Below, in pieces: positions 1-10,521 of a stretch of DNA of 64,000 nt. The stretch covers positions 176,826,001-176,890,000 of the forward strand of contig NC_086097.1 in the NCBI RefSeq assembly GCF_963921235.1, given 5' to 3'. Source of the DNA: Mobula hypostoma (lineage: Eukaryota). The notes under the pieces were generated by a model. It saw only the letters and a program-made list of their open reading frames with translations, was not told the origin of the DNA and ran no database searches. Positions within the stretch are counted from its first letter, which is position 1. Each line of letters starts with the position of its first letter. The position numbers were made by a program, and so were the translations under genes.

Positions 1-151
1 GGGTCCATTGGGCTGGAAGAGCTAGTTAACATCTCTCTCTCTATAAGTGGTCATTTGAAACCAGGCGCATACAGACCTCTGAAATTCTCTAACTAGTGAG
101 TTGGGGATACTGGATCATGGGATAGACAAAGAAAAGGTAGATGATGTAGTG

Positions 152-870
152 GTAGAATGAGGGGGGATCTCATTGAAACCTACCGAATATTGAAAGGCAA
201 AGATAGAGTGGATGTGGAAAGGATGTTTCCAATAGCAGGAGAACATAGGACGACAGGGCACAGCCTCAGAATAGAAGGACATCTCCTTAGAACAGAGTGA
301 GGAGGAATTTCTTAGTTGAGGGTGGTGAATCTGTGGAATTCATCACCACAGGTGGTAGTGGAGTCTAGGGAATTGGGTATATTTAAAGGGGAGGTTGATA
401 AGTACTTGATAAGTCAGGATATTGAAGTTTATAGGGAGAAGGCAGGAGAATGGGGTTGAGAGGAAAATAAATAAGATGAAGATTAGCTTTATTTGGTACA
501 TGCACATTGAAACATTGAAAAATATTGTGAAATACACCATTTGAGTCACTGACCAACACTGTCCAAGGATTGTGCTGGAGGCAACCTGCAAGTGTTGCTG
601 TGCTTCCAGCACCAATATAGCATACCCACAGCTTACTATCCCAATATGGAGGAAACAGGAAGACATGGCAGATACCCATGAAGTCATGGGGAGATCATAC
701 AAAGTCTTCACGGATAACAGCATGAATTGAACCCTAATCACCGGTGCTGTGAAACATGACGTTAGCCTCTACACTACCATGCTACCCGGACACTACTATG
801 CCACTGCGATTACATGGCAGTGCAGAGTTGATGGGCCAAATGGCCAGATTATGCTCCAATATCCTTTAAC
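152..870 (+). mobile_element. CR1 LINE 3' fragment interrupted by an antisense SINE
   Basis: Decayed CR1 ORF2 C-terminus (RMRGDLIETY..LKG.DRVDVERMFP..RGHSL..RVVNLWNS) and 3'UTR; the UTR resumes at ~790 after the insert. Confidence 0.8.
471..787 (-). mobile_element. tRNA-derived V-type SINE, antisense
   Basis: Reverse complement shows a tRNA-like head (gggtagcatggtagtgtag..gggttcaattc), a decayed V-domain-like segment (tcctgtttcctcc) and an aataaa-containing tail. Confidence 0.6.
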
Positions 871-1210
871 CTTGTCTATCTTCGAAAGATCGGGAGATTA
901 AAAGAATAGTGGATTTGGCACAGAAGACAAGATGATGCTAGCGTAGGGCAGCCTGATCCCATTGAATGGCAAGTAGGCTTGAGGGGCATAATGGCCAACT
1001 CCTGCTTCTGTTACTTTTCATTCTTAACTTTCAATAGTATCAGCTTTTAACTTTTTTCTTTCTCCACAGATGCTGCCTGACCTGCGGCATTCACATTTAT
1101 TTCTACCAGCTGCACACTTTCATACCACTCCATGGAGTTACGGAGTTATACAGTACAGAAACAAGCCCTATAGCCTGTGATGATATGTAAATCTTTTCAT
1201 CTATATTGGG

Positions 1211-1430
1211 AAACATACACAAAATGCTGGAGGAATTCAGCAAGTCCAGCAGCACCTGCGGATGAGAATAAACAGTCAACTTTCCAGGCCGAGACCCTTA
1301 ATCAGAACGCTAAAGGATCTCATTTCGAAATGTTGACTGTTTATTCCCCTCCATTGATGCTACCTGACTTGCTGAGTTCCCCCAGCATTTTATGTGTGCT
1401 GTTCAAGATTTCCATTATCTGCATTATCTG
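1211..1430. mobile_element. Old Penelope-terminus inverted-repeat insert with decayed hammerhead motifs
   Basis: acacaaaatgctggaggaattcagc...gctgagttcccccagcattttatgtgt imperfect inverted arms; same family as 48111-48346. Confidence 0.7.
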
Positions 1431-2249
1431 CTGTGCTTATGAATTGTTGCACCTCTGGAAATAGGTTTAAGATGAGAGGGGAAATAATTAGTAGTAACAC
1501 AGGAGAAACTTCTTCATGCAGATGAAATGAGCTGACAGAGGCAGGTAAAATTACAAAGTTTAATAGACATTTGCATGGATAGAAAAGGTTTAGAGATCAT
1601 GGGTCAAATGGGATTAGTTTAGGTGGCTGTCTAGATCAGTGTAGGCAAGTTGTTCCTGTGCTGTATGGCTCTGTGATTCTATTTTAATAATTCCACCCAC
1701 AAAGATCCATGCTTAAGCATACAAGACATTGGGTTGGTCAGATGATAAAGGATGGTGTTGATGCCTTTGGAAAAGGAAGGTTTGATGTGGCGGATTCCTC
1801 CTCTTATCACTGGTGTGACAGGAAGAGGTGTCGTGGTCCCTATCCATTATACACCAGGTTGAAACATCTAACAAACAACCCTTTGCAGTCTGACATGCAA
1901 ACAAGGACAAAAATATGCAAAAAGACCTTGGCAGGAACCATTGTAAAATGGTATGTCACTCACTGGCCGCCTGTATTGGTGACATCTGGGCTTCTCACTG
2001 GGTCTAGATCTGTAAAAGTTCCAAAAATTAGAAAAGAGCATTTTTATGTTTAATTAATATTTAATTTTTCTTGTGAATGTCACTTCTCTGATGCTATGCA
2101 CTAAGATGATGCTGCAAGTCAGAATTTCATTACACCTGTGCATACATGTACTTCTATATATTACAATAAACTCAACTTTGAACATCACTTTTATTCTTCA
2201 GGTAACTCAATCAATTTACATATTACAAATGTTTGTATTTAAAAATATA

Positions 2250-2700
2250 TAGAGTCATACAGCATGGAAACAGGTCCTTCAAACCAGCTCATGTATGCCA
2301 ATCAAGATGTCCATCAAAGCTAGTCCCATTTGCTTGTGTTTGGCCCATTACTCTTGAAACCTTTTCTACCCATGTATCTGTCCAAATGTCTTTTAAATGT
2401 TGTTATTCTACCTGCATCGACTATTTACTCTTGCAGTTCATTCCATATACTGACTATTCCCTGGGTGAAACATTGCCTCCCAGGATCCTGTTAAATTATT
2501 TCCCTCTCACCCAAAACCTATGGCCTACAGTTCTTGATTTTCCAACCCTGGGAAAAAGACTGTGTGCATTTACCCTGTCTATGCCCCTCATAACTTTATA
2601 TTCTTCTATCAGATCAAGCCCTCAATTTCTTATTGTCCAAGGAATAAAGTCTTATCCTGCGCAATCTCACCCTGTACTCCAGCCCCTCAAGTCCTGGCAA
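2250..2700 (-). mobile_element. CR1 LINE 3' fragment
   Basis: Antisense CR1 tail (agagtcatacagcatggaaacagg..) and decayed ORF2 C-terminus. Confidence 0.75.
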
Positions 2701-2724
2701 CTCTTTTTAGCTTAATAGTATTGT

Positions 2725-3080
2725 ATGGGTGGCGGGGTGATGATGTGTCTCTACCAAAGGAGGTGGAAGGTCCTTCGTCCTTCTGCTAGCCTACAGGTCA
2801 CCCTTGGGCAAGGTGTAGCACTTGCTTTGCCCCCTACCCCACTGATCAGGGCCATGTGAAGCCATGGGAGCAGGAGGTGGATGCTGCGTATCACACGTCC
2901 TCGTTTTGTGACCGCAGGCACAAGTCAGACAATCTCTGAAGAGTATTGATAATGGCTGGTATCACCCATTCTGTAAAGACACTACCCAGAAGAAGGCAAT
3001 GGCAAATCACTTCTGTAGGAAAATTTGCCAGGAACAATCATGGTCATAAGACCACGATCACTCGTATCATACCACATGGA
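2725..3080 (+). mobile_element. SINE with RTE/Bov-A-like 3' part
   Basis: gaagaaggcaatggcaaatcacttctgtagg motif; related copies at 22270-22615 (-) and 35815-36078 (+). Confidence 0.65.
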
Positions 3081-3599
3081 TGAGTATCATTCCTATAGGC
3101 TGGGTGAACAAAAGTGAAGGCAATATTTTAAATACAACATCAACAATATCTTATACAACTGCAACATAAGAAACCCCACTTCTGTACCGAGTGCCCTCTC
3201 TGACGAAGGCTACCATACCAAGACCTGCTTCATCACCTTGTTTTCAGTATCTGCAGAATTCCTCGTGTTTAGGTCATCACCTTGTTTACCCGTCTTTCCG
3301 CTTTCAGGGAAACGTGTATTGTGCGCCTAGATCTTTCTGTCTTATGCTTCTTAGGACCCCAACAGACGCTCTAAAAATACTACCCTCACTTGTCTTCCCA
3401 AAACACAACACTTCACACTTAACTGAATTAAATTACTTCTACCATTCCTCTACCCTCTAAACGAGATGATCAACACCCCTCTGTAATTTTTGGTAGTTTT
3501 TTTCACTGTGTACAATACCACCTAATTGTGTGTCATGTGTATATCTCCTCAATCCACTTCTAAAGAGAAAGCAATGATATTCAAGACAGAATTGCATTA

Positions 3600-3930
3600 G
3601 AAAAGCACTTTAGCTTGAATGCAACAGCCAATGAAATCTTTTGCAGTGCAGTTGCCATTTTTTTTTAAAAGCTGCCATTGTAATACAGCAAACAATGTGG
3701 CCAACTTCTTCAAGGCAAGATCTAAAAAAATCTGTAAAAATAGACAAATAATCTGATTTATTTAAAGACATTGATTGAGAAATAAACTTTTGCCAATATT
3801 TCATGGAGCACTCTCCTGTATAGATAGTGCCAAGGGAAACTACATCCATTATTAAGTCTTGGTTTTGTGCTCTCCTAAGAAAAAATCTCCTCTGACTGTG
3901 TAGCCATCACTCAGTATGACATTGACATAG
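3600..3930 (-). mobile_element. Ancient Deu-domain SINE (SacSINE1/AmnSINE1-like), decayed
   Basis: Resembles the antisense Deu-SINE pattern (acagccaatgaa..tgtaat..ataatctg..ttgattgag..atagtgcca.ggga..ctcagta); a second fragment lies at ~5048-5135. Confidence 0.6.
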
Positions 3931-3934
3931 GACT

Positions 3935-4290
3935 ATAAGACCATAAGACGAAGGAGCCGAATTGGGTCATTCAATCCATTGAGTCAGCCCCGCCATCCAA
4001 TCAAGGTTAATTTATATCCCTCTTAACCCCATTCACCTGCCTTCTCCCTGTAAGCTTTGACACTCTTACTAATCAGGAACCTATCAACCTCTGCTCAAAA
4101 CATACCCAATGATTTGGCCTTCACAGCCATATGTGGCAATAAGTTCCACAGATTCACCACTCTGGCTAAAGAAATTTCTCACCATCTCGGTTCTAAAGGG
4201 ACATCCCTGTATTCTGAGGCTGTGCCCTCTGGTCCTAGACACTCCCACTGTTGGAAACATCCTTTCCCCATCCATTCTATCAGCCTCAAA
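3935..4290 (-). mobile_element. CR1 LINE 3' end
   Basis: ORF 4084-4275 ERMFPTVGVSRTRGHSLRIQG.PFRTEM.RNFFSQ; ataagaccataag tail. Confidence 0.85.
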
Positions 4291-5855
4291 CTTTTTATAA
4301 TAACTTGGGAAGGGAATTTTAATTCTGAACTCTCCAATTCAGATAGAGAATTGCAAATCATATCTCAATGAACAAGAACAGAAGTGACGATGCTTCAAGT
4401 AAGTTTTTCATTGTATTTGTGTATACCCATATTTGTTCATATGACAATAAACTCAAACTTATTGTGAGAGTGTATAATAAAATCCAGGCAACGAAGTTGA
4501 TCTAGACTGGAGGTGCTTTCTTGAGAGATCAGTTTGATCAGCACACAACTGAAATAACATTAGATACGGTTTCTTTGTTAGTGTCATCTGCTTCAAAAAT
4601 GATACAGTATACTGTTCTACAGTACATAATATGATCAAGGAAATATTGTAGTCAGCAAGTTTCCACCACCAACAACAGGATGATGACAGAATCAGTCACT
4701 CATGTATCACATGGATATCGAAACATACAGTGAAATTTGTCCTTTGCGTTAACAACCAACTCAACTGGAGGACGTGCAGGGGCAACCCACGTGTGGCCAC
4801 AAATTATGGTGCATTCCTATCATGTTCAGCAGAACAGCACAAACAACTACAATAACAACAACAGCAAAACAAGCCCCTTTCCCACCCTACCACTCATCCA
4901 CCCATTCACAGGCCGCCCTGGTCTCTGACCTCCGGTCTTTGTCCCTGGACTCTCAGACTTACAGACACTAAGCCTCCAACCTTGAGTCTCTGACCCATCC
5001 CTGGTCAGGGCACTATTCCTTTCCACTAAAATTCCTTTCCACTAAAACCTGAGAGGATAGATATGGTCTCTGTTTAATATCACTTTTGCAAAGCTGTGCT
5101 TCTGACGGTGAAACAGTCCCGCAATACTACACAAAGAAGTTGGGATGATATGTTGCAGTTGTACAGGATGCTGGTGAACCTGGAATGCTGTGTCATTTAC
5201 AGTCAACTTGATATTAGAAAGATCTCATTAAGCTGGAAAGAGTGCAGAGGAGATTTACAAGAATATTGAAGGAGTTGAGGGACTGAGGGATTGAGCAGAC
5301 TGGGACTTTGTTCACTGTGGTGTAGGGGTGATCTTATAGTGTTGTATAAGGTCAAGAGAAGCATAGAGAAAGTGAATCCACACAGTCTGTTTCCCAGGGA
5401 TGGGGATTCCCAAGGCAGGGCTGTCCTCAGTTGTTGCATAATCCAGGCCCTCGTGCCACAGTGTTGCCTGCTACAGCCACCCGGAGAGGAGACGCTGGAG
5501 GTGGTGTGAAAGAGAACAGCGAGGCACGGCGGACACACTGGAATCTGTGCTGGGTTTGGGGCTGGCCCCTCCCCTCCATGCTGCTCTCCAGTGCTCGGTC
5601 TCAGTAAGACAAGCTGGATTGCCTCGGCTTGTGACTGAAGAGGAGCTGCTGCATACTTGTTCTTGCAGAAGCACGACCCCAGGACAACATCCCATGCACC
5701 GCCAGCCTTCAGGCCATGCCTTTCAGGGATTTGTGCTAGTGTTTGTTATGACTGCTTGTACTATTGTTACTATATGTGCTGTGAGCTGTGTGTGACTGTG
5801 TGTACTGTGTTCTGCAGCTTGGCCCTGGAGAAATACTGTTTTGTTTACCTGTATA

Positions 5856-6815
5856 CCTTCATGAATAAGCCGCCTCCAGCACATCCTGGGAATTACCTGG
5901 CGTGAGCAGGTGCCTCACACTGAAATACTCGTAAAGACCAACCGCAGGAGTATTAAGGCCATGATCACCCAGCATCAACTGCAGTGGTTGGGGCACGTGG
6001 TAAGGATACATTATACTTTATACTTTATTGTCGCCAAATAATTGATACTAGAATGTACAATCATCACAGCAATATTTGAATCTGCACTTCCCCCTCCCTG
6101 GATTACAAATATTAAATATTAAAAATAGTAAAAATTAATAAATATTAAAAATTTAAAGTATGAATCATAAATAGAAAGTAGAAAAATGGAAAGTAAGGTA
6201 GTGCAAAAAAACCGAGAGGCAGGTCCGGATATTTGGAGGGTACGGCCCAGATCCAGGTCAGGATCCGTTCAGCAGTCTTATCACAGTTGGAAAGAAGATG
6301 TTCCCAAATCTGGCCGTACGAGTCTTCAAGCTACTGAATCTTCTCCCGGAGGGAAGAGGGACGAAAAGTGTGTTGGCTGGGTGGGTCGTGTCCTTGATTA
6401 TCCTGGCAGCACTACTCCCCATGTCGGCTACCCCACAGAGTGTTATACGGCCAGCTACATCATGGTCAACGCTCAGCTGGAAGGCCGAAGAAGCGCTATA
6501 AGGATCAGATGAAGAATGCTTTAAGGAAGTGCAAGATTAGACCCAAGGACCTGGAGGATGTTGCTGCTGACCGTACCACTTGGCGACAGCTGTGTAGAGA
6601 TGGGTTTCGTATTCTGGAGATGGAAAGAACAAACAGAAGACAGCAGAAGAGAGCCAGGAGAAATGCAGCCATGGTTGCCACCACTACTACATATACATGT
6701 CCCACCTGCAATAGAGCTTGTGGGTCCAGGATAGGACTGTATAGTCATCAAAGATCTCACTGTTAAAGGAGTGGACGTTGTCATCGAATTTCGATGGACA
6801 ACCAAGGAGAGGAAG
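5856..6815 (+). mobile_element. RTE-clade LINE 3' end (ORF C-terminus with C2H2-like finger), split by a Rex1 insert
   Basis: LQHILGITWREQVPHTEIL..QLQWLGHVVR / RLPHRVLYGQL..RSAGRPKKRYKD..CPTCNRACGSRIGLYSHQRSH*. Confidence 0.85.
6010..6413 (-). mobile_element. Rex1/Babar LINE 3' end (young)
   Basis: Near-identical to 25808-26210; HPANTLFVPLPSGRR motif on the minus strand; (ataaagt)n tail. Confidence 0.85.
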
Positions 6816-9389
6816 ATACGTACATGTGTATGGTTAAATGGCAATTAAACTTGAACTTGAACTTCAAGAACTAAAGGGCATTGGTGTAAGCTGAGAGATC
6901 TAATAGGAATGTGAGGGGCAATTTTTTCACCCAAAGTGTGGTTAGTATATGAATCGAACTGGCAGAGGAAGTGTTTAAGGCAGGTACATTAGCAGCATTT
7001 AAAAGACCATTGGATAGGTACAAAAATAGGAAAGTTTCAGAGGGATATGGGCCAAATGCAGGCAAATGGAACTAGCTTAATGAGGTTCTTGTTTAACCTG
7101 TTCCAGTTGGGCTGAAAGGCCTGTTTCTGAACTGTATGATTCTACAACTGGATCTTTGTGCTGTGGTCTCTGGTGGGTCTTGATCCTATGACTTCTTGAC
7201 TTTTCAGCAAGCAAACTGCCCCCTGAAACACGGATGACACAGCAGCATGTTAACAATACAACACTCCTCCCACACAAGTTAAGGAGAACGTCAGAAGAGA
7301 CAGCAGACACTGGAATCTGAGTTAACAAACAACCTACTGGAGAAATTCAATGGATCAAGCTGCATATGTGTAGTGAAAGGAGTTGTTGAAGACTCTGATC
7401 GTGATGCGAGGTTTCAACTCAAAACACCGACAATTCTTTTTCTCCCACAGATGCTGTTTGACCTGCTGAGTTCCTTAAGCAGATTGTTTGTAGAGGGAAG
7501 GTCAGAGTTCAACATTGTAAATGCATTTATGAATATTTATTTCTCTATCCAACAGAATGCAAACCAGAGGCTAAAAAGGACATTACAAAATGATTTTCAT
7601 TGCTTGCAGATCAAGATGAGCGAGAGAATTCTTATCTCATACTGACAGCTTTCCACTTGAATTAGCAGACTGCTCTCTAATTATATCAGAATTGCTATTC
7701 AGAGCCCTTTCCTCCTGCTGAGCTCCCCAGGATTTCCCACATAATGAAACACAGTGAGTGTGGAGAAAGCTTGCAATAGTCATTTGGAAACTGGAACACT
7801 CAACAGAATGGGTGTGAGCCTGCTTCTGTGCACACACAGAGACAGACGGCATTAAAAACTGAAGTGCGGTAGGGCTCACTAACTTTGCTGATCTGCAGGT
7901 CACTAACTTTGACCGGAATGCAACTTGGCTGTCGAATTCAAGTTCATTGTCATCTGCACAAGCACATGTACACACGGATGCAGAAAAAAATTTAATTGCA
8001 GCAACATCACAGGCACGTCACATCAAATACACAACATTCATAAGCAAAACATGAATTAACAACATAAATTACACACAATTATGCAAGAATGAACTCAATC
8101 AGAATGAAAAAATTCTCCATTGTAATGCAACATGTTGATCATGTTACTAAACTGTAACAAATAGGGTTGCACAGGTTGGTTCAAGAACCAAATGGTTGAA
8201 GGGAAGTATCTATTCTTAAGCTTGATGGTGTAGGACTTCAGGCTTCTGTACCTCATGCCTGATGGTAGTTGTGAGGAGATGACATTGCCTGGATGGTGGG
8301 GCTCTTTGATGATCTTGAGGCAGCATCTCAAATAGATACTGCCAATGGTGGGGTGATAGGCAATAACCACACTTGTGCTTTAGTGGAGAAAATCTGCTAT
8401 CATTATCTCATCTAATCTAAATTTACAAGCATTGAGAGTTTGGAGCTCTCACCTAAAATGTGGTTAGGGGAGAGACAAAACACCCCACCCCATTAAAGTG
8501 CAGCTGGATGCACACATGAAGAGATATGAAGTGCAGTGCTACAGAGCCACAGTTGCAGAATGGGATAGTATTTGTCCTAACTAGCATGCACACAATGGGC
8601 TGAACAATCCATTCGATGTTGTTAACCCGATAAGAACAGGGTGACCTTTTTATTCTTCCAGAGCTTTTGTCCTATTTCCAACCAAAATCAAATAATTATT
8701 CACACAGAGGATGTTAGGAATTCCAAATAGTGTCTTAAAATTAATGGAATGAGGTGTGACTTTTATCGCTGAGTGAATCTCCATGAGTGATCTCACAAAT
8801 GGCACCGAAATTGGTAGTTTAAACTTAACACTGCAAGGAAATACTTTTCAAGCCAGATTTTTCTATAAACTTCCTCTAATTTTTTTCCTGAAAACTTTCA
8901 CCTGAAACTTTAGTAGTGTTGGTGATCTCAGCAGCAAATCTGTGATAATGTTGAAAATCAAAAAGAAAAACTGCAGATACTGGAATTCAAAAATAAAAGC
9001 AGGAAGTGCTAGAAACACTCAACAGGTCAAACAGCATGCATAGAAAGGGGAAGAATTAATGTTCCAGACCTGCTTTTCACGGCTTTTTCATCTCCCTTTC
9101 TTCCTCTCTTTCCAGCTGCTCTCATTAACCCATCGGCTGGATGGCTTCATCAAGACTTATCACCACAGCAACTTTGGCTTCACCCTATCAGAAATATTTC
9201 CTTTGTCCCATCTATCTCTCATTGGCACTCTTTGCAATGTTAAAATTACTTCTTTCTTTTCCCAATTATGATGAAGAGTTGTCAATCAGAAAAATCAATT
9301 CTGTTTATCTTTCCGCAGACACCACCTGATCTATTGAGTGTTTCAAGAATTAAGTTTGTTCTGAGATACATTTAAATGGCATTGATAAA

Positions 9390-9735
9390 AACTCTTCTGT
9401 CCTGCATCCAAACATGCATCAGTCTTGTTTACCCAACCTCCCTGTCATTGCAGCCCGCGCTAACTATTGGCTGAGCAAGGACTTCATTATATAATTCCCA
9501 TTCTAGTTTACAATTTCCTCCATGCTGTTCCATGGTTTTGCAGCAATATCTGCCACTTCTTCAACCTTCTGAGTTCTCTGCACTCCTCTAGTCCCAGCTT
9601 CTTGGTTGTCCTGTCATTAGAGGCTGTACCTTCAAACGTGCAGCATCCAACCTTTGCAATTCTCTCTCTGAACCCAGATCCCTCCCATCCATTAAGACAT
9701 TCCTTGAATCCAACCATCTTGACCAAGAATCTGGT
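9390..9735 (+). mobile_element. L2 LINE 3' fragment, old
   Basis: Decayed L2 ORF2 C-terminus pattern (PVI..W..ILVYNFLH..LHSS..NSL..KTFL). Confidence 0.5.
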
Positions 9736-9739
9736 TATA

Positions 9740-10140
9740 GTGCTCCATCTCACACTCCAGTGACCCAGGTTCCGTCCTGACCTAAATGTGATGCTGGTCG
9801 CCTGGAGTTCTCACCGTGACCGTGTGGGTTTCCTTCCAGTGCTCTGGTTTCCTCCCACAACCTAACAACAAGACAATTAATTGGTCATTGTAAACTGTCA
9901 AACAACAGGAATACTGCAGATGCTGGAAATTCAAGCAACATACATCAAAGTTGCTGGTGAACGCAGCAGGCCAAGCAGCATCTATAGGAAGAGGCGCAGT
10001 CGACATTTCAGGCCAAGACCCTTCGTCAGGACTAAACTGTCTCTAGTTTGTGGGAATGCAGGGAGCACAAGATAAGATTTGATGAATTGGAGGTTGGATG
10101 ATCAGTGTAAAATCGAAGGGTTGAAAGGATCGCACTGCAC
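9740..10140 (+). mobile_element. HE1/V-type SINE hosting a Penelope-terminus insert
   Basis: B-box-like ggttccgtcc, V-domain tgggtttcc..gtgctctggtttcctcccaca, ttaattggtcattgtaaactgtc. Confidence 0.7.
9900..10032 (-). mobile_element. Penelope-terminus insert with hammerhead ribozyme motif, 9-bp TSD
   Basis: TSD taaactgtc at 9891-9899 and 10033-10041; minus strand tagtc-CTGACGA-a-gggtcttggcct-GAAA-tgtc-gactg. Confidence 0.85.
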
Positions 10141-10521
10141 TTTCTGTGTAGTTGTTACTTTTTATTCTGAATTCAGTTATTGTTTTGTTCTGTTCTACAT
10201 CAATGCACTGTGTAATGATTGATCTGTATGAACAGTATGCAAGACAAGCTTCTCACTGTATCTCCATACATGTGACAATAATAAACCAGCTTCAATTCCA
10301 CTTCCAGTTCCAGTTCTGTGCTGTACTGTTTCATGTTCTATGCTCTTTCTGTTGTGGGAATCCAGAAATTACTTCTTTTGAAGGAAGTTAACAAATGAAA
10401 CTCAAACAGTAAGATGATCAGCAATTCGCCAAGATGTTTCATTTCAACAATCCAAAGGGTAAATGAGCTTGTGTGGGTTGATATTCTTCTGTCACAGTCT
10501 GATGGCCTGCTCTACATCAAC

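Larger units (their letters stand above)
5411..6865 (+). mobile_element. Internally deleted Rex1/Babar-type non-autonomous element (5411-5855 and 6816-6865)
   Basis: ~5566-5690 reads PLPSMLLSSARSQ*DKLDCLGL*..CCILVLAEARPQDNIP (decayed APE endonuclease N-terminus), joined to a 3' tail ending attaaacttgaacttgaactt. Confidence 0.6.
5135..7145 (+). mobile_element. CR1 LINE 3' fragment split (5135-5410 and 6866-7145) by three nested inserts
   Basis: KLERVQRRFT..RGDLI..LFPRDGD continues after the insert as RTKGH..FFTQSVVSIWN and the CR1 3'UTR. Confidence 0.75.

Noticed and set aside
5015..5047. 16-bp tandem duplication attcctttccactaaa
   Set aside because: Ordinary local slippage with no further structure
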